Shown here piece after piece: positions 13,890 to 26,439 of a stretch of DNA of 62,000 bases (its first letter is position 1; every line of letters starts with the position of its first letter). The stretch is from Octopus vulgaris (lineage: Eukaryota). The DNA lies in NCBI GenBank assembly GCA_951406725.2, contig OX597819.1:93330001-93392000 (forward strand), in the 5' to 3' direction. Under the pieces are notes generated by a model that searched no databases, was not told where the DNA came from, and was given only the letters and a program-made list of their open reading frames with translations. A program made the translations under genes and the position numbers.

Positions 13890-14550
13890 AGAAAAAGACG
13901 GGATGTATTTCCACGCAGGAAAAAATGTTGGCAAATTTGTTGTTGAAAATGCACCTAAATTTGAAAAACCTGTAATTGTTATAAAATGAATTTATTTACA
14001 TATATACCAAACTAGTTTCAGCAATATTTTTTTTTATCAATGATAAAAGTTTAGAATTATGAATTAGAAAAGCATGTTTAACAGTCTCAATGTCGACAAG
14101 TTTAAATGTTCATAACAGTCAATAATATAAAGACTGCTGATTAACATATTTAAATGTATAAAATTCAAAAGCGTTAGTAGTGGTCGACAAGAAATAAATT
14201 TCATCAAAGTTTCAGTTATATTGAGTGAAGAGGGAGAAAAACGAGGGAGAAAAACAAGGGAGAAAGAGATTTGGTTTACAGTTTCTGTGATTCTCTTTCT
14301 GTTGTGTGCAGGAACTTTCGCTTGTACCGGATTCCGAAAAACACTCTTACAGGCGAAAGTTGTTTTTTCTAATTCATAATTCTAAATTTATACTATTGAT
14401 AAAGAAAAAATATTTTTGAAACTAGTCTAGTATTAATGTAAATAAATTTATTTTAAAACAATTACAAGTTTTTCAAGTTTAGGTGCATTTTCAACAACGA
14501 ATTTCCTTATATTTTTTCCTGCGTGGAAATACACCTCCTCTTTTGTTATA
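13890..14550. mobile_element. Fold-back element with ~185-bp inverted arms (about 13890-14075 / 14365-14550), each carrying a U3:A8 hammerhead-like motif
   Basis: GTATTTCCACGCAGGAAAAAA..GAAAATGCACCTAAA..ACTAGTTTC..TTAGAATTATGAATTAGAAAA is mirrored by TTTTCTAATTCATAATTCTAAA..GAAACTAGT..TTTAGGTGCATTTTC..TTTTTTCCTGCGTGGAAATAC. Confidence 0.85.
14391..14432 (+). ncRNA. Minimal hammerhead-like motif (U3:A8 core, GUC triplet)
   Basis: TACTA-TTGATAA-(weak A/T stem II)-GAA-ACTAGT-C-TAGTA: 5-bp stem I and palindromic ACTAGT. The mirror copy at 14005-14045 (-) reads TATCA-TTGATAA-..-GAA-ACTAGT-T-TGGTA. Confidence 0.5.
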
Positions 14551-14901
14551 TATATATATATATATATATATAAGACCAATCCGTCGGTTGCGACGACGAG
14601 GGTCCCAGCTGATACGATCAACGGAACAGCTTGCTCGTGAAATTAACGTGCAAGTGGCTGAGTACTCCACAAACACGTGTACTCTTAACGTAGTTCTCGG
14701 GGAGATTCAGCGTGACACAGAATGTGACAAAGCTGATCCTTTGAAATACATGTACTGCTCATTTTTGCCAGCTGAGTGAACTGGAGCAACGTGAAATAAA
14801 GGACACAACGCGCCGCCGGGGAATTGAACTCACGACCTTACGATCATGAAGAGAATGCCCCTAACTACTAAGCCAAGGGCCCTCACACACACACACGTGT
14901 A

Positions 14902-14955
<54 letters not shown>

Positions 14956-14979
14956 TGTATATATATATATATATATATA

Positions 14980-15072
<93 letters not shown>

Positions 15073-15117
15073 CAAGTCAAAATAGAAAATGCTAAAATAA
15101 TTTCATAAAGAACATCT

Positions 15118-15155
15118 CAGTACCAGTTTCGGTCATTTTGAGACCTTTTCAACTG
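15118..15155 (-). ncRNA. Mirror copy of the U3:A8 hammerhead motif
   Basis: The minus strand reads CAG-TTGAAAA-GGTC(TCAAAAT)GACC-GAA-ACTGGT-A-CTG. Confidence 0.6.
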
Positions 15156-15352
15156 TAACGATTAAATAATTAAATTTAGAAAAATTAGAAGAAAAATTTT
15201 TTTAAAGGAATATTTGTATAGTCTTCAAATATAAGTAGCATTCTGCCTTTCTCTGACTCCCTTGTTTGCACTTGTGTGTTCGAGGTCGTTGTGAATATTC
15301 CTTTAAAAAAACTTTTCTTCTAATTTTTCTAAATTTAATTATTTAATCGTTA

Positions 15353-15390
15353 CAGTTGAAAAGGTCTCGAAATGACCGAAACCGGTACTG
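15353..15390 (+). ncRNA. Minimal type-I hammerhead ribozyme motif, U3:A8 core variant
   Basis: CAG-TTGAAAA-GGTC(TCGAAAT)GACC-GAA-ACCGGT-A-CTG: stem I CAG/CTG, stem II GGTC/GACC, palindromic stem III ACCGGT and a GUA cleavage triplet. Confidence 0.65.
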
Positions 15391-15476
15391 AAATGTTCTT
15401 TATAAAATTATTTTAGCATTTTCTATTTTGACTTGTTTTTTCATATATATCAACTCGTGTGTTCCTTTTCACCCTT

Positions 15477-15537
<61 letters not shown>

Positions 15538-16652
15538 TGCATACTTGTGTTTGAAGAGATATGCATGTGTTATACAGTTGGAAAAAACAATATATGTTGG
15601 TCTTTAAGTTTTATAACAGCCTATACGCCCTCCCGCTAAACTCGATTGACATCAAAGGAAACTAACCGAGTAAAAGGCCTAATAAAACTACTTATCAGAG
15701 TTGGGTCTGCTACATCTATGAAAAAGCTGAAGAACATGAAATCTTAAAAGACGTTTAATATAGGTAAAATTCACGTTAGAAGAAATAATACAAGGTAACG
15801 AAATGCAGAGACATTTCTTGTGAAATGTGTGAAATAAATTGAATAGGGCAAAACCAAAATATTCAAGAATATGAAGGAATTGAAGTTTAAGGCTAACATG
15901 AATTGTAAAGCACAAATATTTCATTTACTTTATCACATGCTCAGAATGCAATGAAAATTATTTTGGGCTTATATGATCAAAATTAATACATTGGGTTAGG
16001 GTATATAAGCAACAAATTAATCTTTAACGAGCTAGTTTACTAGTTGCAAAACCACTGGTTGTATGATATTGCTTTTATGTATTATTGCAATCTGGAATGA
16101 GCTAGTGCTATTCTAGCAGAATGAAGATGACCAAAACGAGGTCGAAATCACATGGCGTCCGGGTTAGAATAGTAGGGAGTTCTCTCCATGCTTGCAAATT
16201 ATATCGAGTGCGAAGTGCACTGAATAACCAGCTGGAGGAGGCGTCCATCTGGGGTTAAAATAGCAGTATCATCTGTTCTTATAGAACACCCACGTTTCTT
16301 TAGCAATAAACAAATTAAAGATTCACCTCTTAGAAATTGTCGATGTTGTGAAATTTGAGACAATTATGGAAATTAAAAAATCCAAATTATTCCTTTTCTT
16401 CCAAACAAAAGAAGGAAAATGATCAACTACAGACGCCAAAATAAGGATACTTTAGAAGAATTCTAAATCCGAAACTAAACCGGAAATAGTCAACACTTCT
16501 ACTGAAAGTAACTTCCGTATACATGTGCTTTAAAATCTGTAAAAAGTTAAAGCGCTTATCCATTACGAATGCTTCTTTTCAAAAGATTTGTGTCATTCTG
16601 ACTTTTTAAGATTTTTCTTTTATAATTTATAATTTTTGATTTAAGAAAGTTT

Positions 16653-16695
<43 letters not shown>

Positions 16696-16867
16696 GCATA
16701 CCTATACTTGCTTTATTCGTTTCATACATGTGGCTGCGGTACTGCTGGAGCACCACTGTGATTTTGTACTTTTATATATGTACATATACATGCATATCTA
16801 TATTTATATCTATTTATATCCATATAATATATATTTGTGGGTATGTGTATATAAGTATATATATGTA

Positions 16868-16936
<69 letters not shown>

Positions 16937-17039
16937 CTAGTTTTCTTTTATTTGTCTCATCCATGTGGCTACGGTGCAGCCGCAATGGTAGGATTTCATA
17001 TCAGTGTATGTACTTTTCCTATGGCTGTTGGTCCATTTA

Positions 17040-17755
17040 GTATATGAGACTGTTTAACACTACTGCCCCTCATCTGTACCTCATGCCGGGCCGTTGGTTC
17101 ATCCGGTACTGTGGAGAGGAGTACGTCTAGTTCTGTTTTGAAGCGATTCATGTCTATATTGTGTAGGTTTTTCAACTTTTGGGGTTAGGCATTGAAAAGT
17201 TGTGGGCTTTGAACCCTAAGCTGTTGATGTACATAGGCCTGAATTGAGGGAGTAAAGTCGTAGTTTTTTCAGCCTCACTCTATAGCTCATCTACTGCACA
17301 GTTACAATCTTTTAAATATATTGATGTTTGAAGGCGGTGAGCTGGCAGAAACGTTAGCACGCCGGGCAAAATGCGTAGCCGTATTTCGTCTGGGTAGTAG
17401 AGAAATAGGTATTTCGTCAGTCTTTCCATTCTGAGTTCAAATTCCACCGAGGTCGACTTTGCCTTTCATCCTTTCGAGATCGATAAATTAAGTACCAGTT
17501 GCGTACTAGGGTCGATCTAATTGACTGACCCAAACCCCCAAAATTTCGAGCCTTGTACCTAGAGTAAAAAAGAATATATTCACGTTCAACCGCTTCAAGA
17601 TCTACTGTTTGTTTGATGCTTTGAGGTGACCACAGTTGAGAGCAGGCGGCTGAGAACAAAGTTCCTCCTGAGGGTCAATGAACATTACTTCTTGGTCACT
17701 TGTCTTGAAGAACTTTAGTATCCGTTCTGCCAGTTTCTGGCTACCTTGGCAACAT
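17040..17755 (-). mobile_element. 3' fragment of a CR1/L2-clade LINE, split by a SINE at 17333-17576
   Basis: Minus-strand readings CSQLWSPQSIKQTVDLEAVERE, SYRVRLKKLRLYSL and RFKTELDVLLSTVPDEP resemble the CR1/L2 ORF2 C-terminus. Confidence 0.7.
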
Positions 17756-18239
17756 ATATAATTACAAAAAGAGTTTTCTTTTAATTATTAACTTGTTAAA
17801 AAAATATTAATTTACTAAATAGAATGTCATGAACTTTTCTGGAAGTAGTTTGTATATAGTGATTATTTTATGCATTTTGTATGTAAGCGCTTTCATTTTT
17901 CAAATTTTCCAACACAGGTTTTCCGGACAACAACATAAAGAAATGGGTTTCTTTGCTTTTTTTTTTTGTTTTTGTTTTTGCTCTTTTTAACTTTTTGTAA
18001 TGATGTTAAATATTTCCGGTTTAGTTTCGGATTTTGAATTTTCATAAACAACTATTCTATTCCTTGCAGTTCATCATTTTCATAAGTTTTAAAATTGTAA
18101 ATTGTCGACAGTTTTAATTGCTATTTCCTGCTTAGTTTCAGATTTAGAATGTTTATAAAGTATTCTTCTTTTGCCTTTGTTTTATTTCGTAAAAGGGAAT
18201 ATTTTAAATCTTCCTTTGCACATATGTCTAGATGTTTAC

Positions 18240-18625
18240 TACTCCTTTACTCCTTTACTTGTTTCAGTCATTTGACTGCGACTGTGCTGGAGCACCGCCT
18301 TTAGTCGAGCAAATCGACCCCAGGACTTATTCTTTGTAAGCCTAGTACTTATTCTATCGTACTAGAATAAGTACTAAATAACGGGGATGTAAACACACCA
18401 GCATCGGTTGTCAAGCGATGCTGGGAGGAGAAACACAGACACACAAACATATACACGCACACACATACATATGTACGACGGGCTTCTTTCAGTTTTCGTC
18501 TACCAAATCCATTCACAAGGCTTTGGTTAGCCCGAGGCTATAGTAGAAGACACTTGCCCAAGGTGCTACGCAGTGGGACTGAACCCGGAACCATGTGGTT
18601 CGTAAGCAAGCTACTTACCACACAT
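18240..18625 (-). mobile_element. Family A SINE, minus strand
   Basis: Reverse complement of the 19148-19575 copy, with an internal segment replaced by a local inversion. Confidence 0.85.
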
Positions 18626-19147
18626 AGAACATTCCTTAGAGATGAAACTTTAAGTTGTTTATGCTCATGACTGGTTAGTTTTGTCCCTGTTTCTCCACTT
18701 ATTGCATTATGGGCATAAGATGCAGTATAAATCCTTTAAAATGTTTTAGCCCGAAGGCCGCGGCCATGCTGGGGCACCACCGCTGATATTGATATTTTTG
18801 CTGGGGCACCACCTCTGATATATTTTTGCTTTGAAATTCATGCTTGCATTCACTTTCAATTCCTTCTCATTCGTAAATCTTTGGCTGCTCCTTGTTCAAT
18901 TATTTCAAATGCCCTACAAAAGTTTGTTACTTGTATAATTTCTCTCACCGATGTGATTCTCGCCTTTGTTGCAAATCTCTGGAGATTTAATGGTTTTCTT
19001 TGGCTGTTATTGATTTGTGATTTTTAAAATTATTTGTCAAAGATTTGATTATTGATGTAGAATGAGAGTGGGTATCATGCAGCTGGATGAAGGTTGTTGT
19101 TGTCCTTATGAAAACGGGTGACTACAAATGACATATTTATATTTGTA

Positions 19148-19315
19148 GGAGTGGCTGTGTGGTAAGTAGCTTGCTTACGAACCATATGGTTCCGGGTTCA
19201 GTCCCACTGCGTGGCACCTTCGGCAACTGTCTTCTACTAATAGCCTCGGGCCGACCAAAGCCTTGTGAGTGGATTCGGTAGACGGAAACTGAAAGAAGCC
19301 CGTTGTATATATGTG

Positions 19316-19367
<52 letters not shown>

Positions 19368-19575
19368 TGTGTCTGTGTTTGTCACCCCAACATCGCTTGA
19401 CAACCGATGCTGGTGTGTTTACGTCCTCGTAACTTAGTGGTTCGACAAAAGACACCTTTATAATAAGCACTAGGCTTACAAAGAATAAGTCCTGGGGTCG
19501 ATTTGCACGACTAAAGGCAGTGCTCCAGCATGGCCACAGTCAAATGACTGAAACAAGTAAACGAGTAAAAGAGTA
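19148..19575 (+). mobile_element. Family A SINE, full length
   Basis: GGAGTGGCTGTGTGGTAAGTAGCTTGC head with A/B-box-like motifs, a (GT)n core, and a GAAACAAGTAAACGAGTAAAAGAGT tail. Confidence 0.88.
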
Positions 19576-20194
19576 TTTTCATTTTTTTCACCTTTTGGAT
19601 AAATGTTTCTTCGTAAAGTTCGGGATTATTTCTTTTATTATTTATTTTTTTTTTTTTGTTTTCCGGGAACATATTTAATTCGTGTCATTCTGTTAAACAA
19701 AATAATTTTATTTACATAATTGATAACTTTTTTAAAAACATGTTTCCCTAATTATTGTAACTGATTCAAGTAATTTTTGTAGAAGCTTTTGTGTGTGTGC
19801 GTGTGTACTAATATACTATCTTTAGAAGGAAAACATTGACAGTAACTTCGAGGTTTAGGCTTCGAGCGTTTACCAGTCAGTCTGATGAATAAGTGCTATG
19901 CCAAAACTCAGAAGTAAAAGCTAAAATTTATTCAGTTTAGTATTTGCTTTTTATACAGCTGTACATAACAAAATCGTGCGTCTGCAAACACACCCACCAT
20001 GCGTACGTACATCTATTACATACATATAAACATACATGCGCACGTACATAAATGCACTCTCATAAATGCGCATACATATACCGATTTTAAGTTTATATTA
20101 CATAAATACACACATATATGCACACATACATACACACATACATACATACACACATACATACACACATACATACACACATACATACTTACATACA

Positions 20195-20565
20195 TACTTA
20201 CATACATACTTACATACATACACACACACCAGCACATACATACACACACCAGCACATACATACACGCACACACACCAGCACGTACAAAGATACACACACA
20301 CCAGCACGTACATACATACACACACACCAGCACATACATACATACACACACACATACATACACACACACCAGCACATACATACATACACACACACCAGCA
20401 CGTACATACATACACACACACCAGCACATACATACATACACACACACACAGCACATACATACATACACACCACACCAGCACATACATACATACACACACA
20501 CAGCACATACATACATACACACACACCAGCACATACATACATACATACATACACACACACCAGCA
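20195..20565 (+). repeat. Degenerate minisatellite of ~22-26-bp units (CACACACCAGCACATACATACATA)
   Basis: More than ten CCAGCAC(A/G)TACATACA units. It accounts for the 347-aa His/Thr/Tyr ORF artefact. Confidence 0.85.
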
Positions 20566-20959
20566 ATTAAATACACCCATCGCGCACATACGCTTGTTAG
20601 TAAAGGTGCGTATATTACAGATAGCGCGAACACAGAAAAACTATCAGATTCATTCCAACGAATGAAGTTTACGCATGCAAAGCTGCTCGTTCTGCCCACC
20701 CACCTCTCTCTCTCTCTCTCTCTTCTTCTTCTTCTTCTTCTTCTTCTTCTTCTTCTTCTTCTTCTCTATCTATCTAAAAAATCTCTCTCATTCTCTTTTT
20801 CTCATTCTCACACATGCACGCGAATGAGCGTACGCGTATGTATCAATATACCCGTACTCCCCCTCTCTCTCCCTCCCTCCCTCCCTCCCTCCCTCATTCT
20901 CTCTCGCTCATATATATGTATGTATATATATATATATATATACATACATATATATATAT

Positions 20960-21005
<46 letters not shown>

Positions 21006-21087
21006 TCATTACAGATATAGGGTGAAAAAATTATTAATTTAATAAAACCAACAAATTTCACCTAGTAGTTTTTCGGTATGGAAAAAG

Positions 21088-21215
<128 letters not shown>

Positions 21216-21523
21216 TATATATATATATATATATATATGTATGCATATATGTATGTGTGTGTACGTGTGTGCGTACAAGTGACGTGTGTGTCATGGTTTT
21301 GTGTGTGTGTATGTGTGTATATTTGTGAATGTCCATACACCACCGCCACCACAACCGCCCTCAAGTTACGCACGAGCGCAAGCACGCTTACGCACGCGCG
21401 GCAGATCTTCCCAAGCTCTTTCCACTCACTTCAGCTTCAAATTACAGACTACGCCACTTTCTTTCTTATTTCTTTTCTTTTTTCCCTTCCTTCTTTCTTT
21501 CTTTTTTTTTTAACCGTTTCGTG

Positions 21524-21555
<32 letters not shown>

Positions 21556-22429
21556 CGTCTTTTTTCTTTATCTTCTTACACATTTCTGGACCTTCTCGCG
21601 TGGTTAATGTTTTATCTTTAATCAACAGAATGTGCAGTGTTAGCTGATGTCTGGATGAGAATGATGATTATACGGAAACAAACGAGGAATATTGTATGTA
21701 CGTATGTATGTATGTACGTATTATGCATATATATACATATATATATGTCTGTGTATGTGTGTATATATATATATATGTCTGTGTATGTGTGTATATATAT
21801 ATATGTCTATGTTTGTGTGTATATATATATATATCTGTGTATGTGTGTATATATGTCTTTGTATGTGTGTATATATACATATCTGTGCATGTGTGTATAT
21901 ATATATATATATATGTCTGTGTATGTGTGTGCATATATATATATGTATGTATATATGTATGTATGTATATGGATGTGTATACACACGCACAAACACAAAC
22001 TCACACACACATGTATACTGGTTTCAGTTTTTGGCACACGGTCAGCAACTTCGGGGGTGGAATTAAGTCGACTACATCGTCCCCAGTACTCAGCTGATAT
22101 TTATTTTATCGGTCCCAAATGGATTAAAAGGCAAAATCGACGCCGGCGGCATTTGAACTTAGAACGTAATGACGGAAGAAATGCCGCTAGGCATTTTTTT
22201 CTCCGGAGCCGTAACGAATCTGCCATCTCGCCGTCTTATGTACACATGTTTATTATAAACTTATCGAGTATTTATGCGTGTGTGTGTGTGTGTGTGCGCG
22301 CGTGCGTGTGTGTGTACGTATGTATATATATATATAGTATAAACTTATCTAATATATGTATAAGTATTATAAACTTTAATGTACACATTTATGCATATAT
22401 AAGAATATATAAATATATGTATATCTGTA

Positions 22430-22475
<46 letters not shown>

Positions 22476-22599
22476 AATATATATATATATATATATACAT
22501 ACATAGACATACGTATATACATATATACATATATAGAGAGAGAAAGACAGACATGCTTACATCAATCCATTCATACATATATAAATATGTGCGTATTAG

Positions 22600-22632
<33 letters not shown>

Positions 22633-22748
22633 GAGAGCGAGAAGAGCGTATGAGAAAGTGCGTTGGAAGAGAGATAATAAAAGTAAAAAGTACAGAAAAT
22701 GTGTGCCTGCAAACGAGAAAATGTTATTGTTCGTATGTGGATTTACGT

Positions 22749-22849
<101 letters not shown>

Positions 22850-23530
22850 TGTAGCTATGTCTCTATCTGCGTGTGAGTGTTTTGCGCACGCGTTGTCTGT
22901 GCTTTTTCATGCTGACGAGGGTGTGGAAAAGCAGAAGGAAAAAAAGAGAGAGAGGAGGGGAAAATAAAAAGGAAAATAAGAAAGACAAAAGATAAAGGTG
23001 TATGTAATAAATCAATGAAAATGAACGCATGATTGTCTGCATTTGTATTTGTCTGTGTGTGTTTGAGGAAGGAGGGGAAGAGGCTGAGGTATGTTAGCAG
23101 AAGGTGAATTTATAAAGATTGTTGAACGTGCGAAAGTGAGGGAGTGACAACGAAAGGATCAGCGTTAAAGATGAGAGAGGAGGAAACTGACAGACAGAAC
23201 AGAACAGAACAGATAGATGGAAGAAGATAAACAGAAAAGAAAGAGTGCATGTGTTGTTATAAAGAGAGGAAAGAGGAAAACGAAAGCGTATGAATTTAGA
23301 AGAGAAAGACAGTGATAGAGAGAGAGAGAGAGAGAGACAGTGAGAGAAACATACAGAGAGCTAGACAGAGAGAAGGATAGATAATATAATATACAGAGAG
23401 AGAGAGATAGAGACAGACGGAGAAAAACCGAAGTGCGCGTGTGTTTGTGCTTGTTTGTGAGAAAGTTCAAAGAATCTATCGTAGTCTCGTCTTGAAACTT
23501 GCCTGACTGTTTTGCTTTCGCTTTTACCAG

Positions 23531-24202
23531 CTCCATCTCCATCGCCGGTAACATCCACCGCGACTGACACCTCCACCGCCACCGTAACCATATCAACGTC
23601 TCCGCCATCACCTCCAGTCTACCGCCAACGCCGCCCTCCCCCACTTACTTTCCAGTTTTTACGGCTGCTACTACTGATGTTGGTAGCGGCTGCTCAGCTC
23701 CACCGATGGAGGCTCCAGAACTTCAGTGCTTAGGGGATAGAGAAAGCTTGTTGCAGAGACGGCTACAACAGACATACCCAACCGCTTGTTGCAGGGAAAG
23801 AGTGACTGGTGCTGCGAGAAGGCGGCGGCGCTATGAGAGACTGAGACTTATTAACACATTCAAGCGAACACGCTTCAACCAGCAACTACCTTTACGTTAA
23901 ACGCTACCTAGTTTTAACATGGCGGGATCGCGATGCTCCTGAACATATCGGATCGGTTACAAAAGGGATCACAACGCTGTCTGCCCTTACTGTTTCTCTA
24001 CTGTCTAATTCCTGGATGCCGTGGCGTTCTTTTACCACAGAACGGCCACGATCTTCGCCGTTTCATGTGATTTTTACCTTTAACCACAGACAACTTCACC
24101 GTGGTTATTTCTTTCGCTGTTGCTTTTGTCATGGTCTGCTGAGTCAAAACTCTTCCGTGTCGGTTGTATTGTCGGATAGGATGATTTGCAGATGATAAAG
24201 AC
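23531..24202 (+). promoter_or_regulatory. Probable 5' UTR part of the Cav3 exon, with a 3' splice site at 23530 and uORFs
   Basis: Branch-like CCTGAC (23502-23507), a pyrimidine tract and CAG (GCCTGACTGTTTTGCTTTCGCTTTTACCAG|). The following ~670 nt are non-repetitive and CpG-rich. Upstream ATG ORFs at 23706-23900, 23919-23942 and 24016-24195. Confidence 0.5.
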
Positions 24203-24717
24203 ATGGCTGAAGAGGTTCCCGCCGCACGAAAGACGTCAACGCCGAGAGCTAGATCTTCTTCTTTGGTCTCCAAGATCAGAGAGGACAGCAATCTGAGCGT
24301 CAACCCCGCTTTACAAGGGGACAGAGAACCTGGAGCGGTGGCGAAAACCGATGAGGATATCAACAGAAATGCTTCTGATGTTGCCGCAGTTGCTCCCTGT
24401 GTCACTCAATCTAACCCTTCCCCCAGTAGTACGTTTAACAATATCAACAATCATAACAACAGCAACAACAACAGCAACAACAACAGCAGCAACAGTAGTA
24501 CAAGCAGCAGCAGCAACAACAATAATAATAACGTTAATAATAATCATAATAATCATAATAATAAATCGGCAAGAATTATTGCCAACACAACCGAAACGGT
24601 GCATGACGAACCAGAAGAGGAGGAATTACCATACCCAGGATTTGTACCGACGGCTTTATATTGCCTCAATCAAACCAACAAATTGCGTTGGGTTTGCTTG
24701 AAAATCATTACTTGGCC
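24203..24717 (+). CDS. Cav3: First coding exon of a T-type (low-voltage-activated) calcium channel alpha-1 subunit: cytoplasmic N-terminus up to the start of IS1
   Basis: The translation ends EEEELPYPGFVPTALYCLNQTNKLRWVCLKIITWP, matching the Cav3 pre-IS1 motif (vertebrate CACNA1G/H/I: PYPALAxxVFFxLxQxxRPRSWCLRxVCNP-WFE). The ATG has good context (GACATGG) and an in-frame TGA lies 21 nt upstream (24182). The ORF-track tail YPFKSQ is intron read-through. Confidence 0.9.
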
Positions 24718-24727
24718 ATATCCTTTT
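24718..24727 (+). other. U12-type (minor spliceosome) AT-AC 5' splice site, phase 2 within the Pro codon
   Basis: ATATCCTTTT starts exactly where Cav3 similarity stops (TGG CC|ATATCCTTTT) and matches the U12 donor consensus RTATCCTT. Confidence 0.88.
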
Positions 24728-24961
24728 AAAAGCCAATAGTTTTTACAGCTGTTTTCACTTTTCTCTCTTAAACTCTTACGTTCTCTATTTCTCCCTCTCT
24801 CTCTCTGCTCTCTTTGTCTTTCTGTTTTCTCATTCCCCTCATGCTGTTTTTATTTGTTTATCCATTTATTGTATTTATCTATGTATTTATCTATCTATCT
24901 AACAAGTTTATCCAGCAAGCTTGTCATAACTCTTTTGCCACTGCAATTCACACTACAATCA

Positions 24962-25064
<103 letters not shown>

Positions 25065-26011
25065 CTTTCCTGTCTGTCTATCTATCTCATCTGACATACA
25101 CTTTCAGACACATGTACATACACATGCACATGCATACACACACAAACACATAACAAACACACGCCTTGACATACACAAACTTCGATTGTTCTACACACAC
25201 ACACACACACACGCATTCACCCAAATACGCACATAACAAGCAAGCATACACACATACGCACACACACACGCACACACGCACACACAAACACACACACACT
25301 AATACAAACAACACACTCACACACACATTTGGTTTGTTTCCCTTTTCTGTTCACCTAAGTTTTTGTTCAAACTTCTAAAGTGTTTATTACTTGAGAAAAT
25401 TGCAAAAGCAGAAACCTCAGCAAAAAAAAAGGGAAATATAGAAAGAAAAAAAAGAATTATAATAATCATTATTTGTCTATATATTCATAATTATTATTAT
25501 TATTATCAATATAATTACCGTTATTGTTGTTGATTGTATATAATATTCTTATTGAAAATTTTAAATTAATTATTTCTTTCTTTATTGATGCGTAAATTTA
25601 TCGTTTAAAATTATTTATTTGGAGAAAAAAAAAGAGTAAAATAGGAATTATACTTGTATTTTATTTCACACCTTCAGAATATAACTAATTATCTTTCTAA
25701 TTCCACGTCATATAATATTTCATTTAACTGTACGTGAAATAAATTCGAATTGAGTTTTTTTTTTCTCCCGTTATATATGTATGTATGCGTGATTATGTGA
25801 TTATATATAAGTATGGTTGCATGCGTGTATCTATGGCTGACTGAATGGATAGAAGGATGGATAGAATGATGGATGGATGGATGCATAGATGGATGTAAGG
25901 ATGTGTGTATAGTTACACACACTCACATGTATACTTATACATATATATATATGCATATTATGCATGTATATATATATATATATATATATATAAAAGTTTA
26001 TGTATGTATAT

Positions 26012-26061
<50 letters not shown>

Positions 26062-26343
26062 CGCGTGTGTGTGTGTGTGTATACATATATATACATGTAT
26101 AAACAGAGAGATGGATGTGTGTATTTATGTATCTATGGACGTATGAATGTAGAGACTGATGATGCGATGTATCCATGTGTACACGTATGTATTATATCGA
26201 TGAATATACAGATGAATGGATGGATGAATGATCAGAGCGGTATACCTGTATAAGTGTGATGCACATGTGCAATCCTGTGTATTTAATGTGTATATATACA
26301 TATATATATATATACATATATACATATATATATATATATATTT

Positions 26344-26439
<96 letters not shown>

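Larger units (their letters stand above)
15067..15441. mobile_element. Fold-back element: ~148-bp inverted arms (15067-15214 / 15294-15441) between (TA)n tracts, each arm with a hammerhead motif
   Basis: The arms are near-perfect reverse complements (AAAAAACAAGTCAAAATAGAAAATGC... / ...GCATTTTCTATTTTGACTTGTTTTTT) around a 79-bp spacer. Confidence 0.9.

Noticed and set aside
18830-19130. RTE-like RT fragment (LQRFATKARITSVRE, minus strand)
   Set aside because: A single short motif without the adjacent YADD; not enough to call.
19999-21042. 347-aa ORF and the many YI/CV/HT-rich ORFs in the track
   Set aside because: They are translations of (TA)n, (CA)n, (TACA)n and (CT)n repeats, which lack stops in some frames. 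There is no protein-like composition.
24718-24739. C-terminal YPFKSQ* of the 178-aa ORF as a short complete protein
   Set aside because: Cav3 similarity ends at WP, and this segment is the U12 donor sequence.
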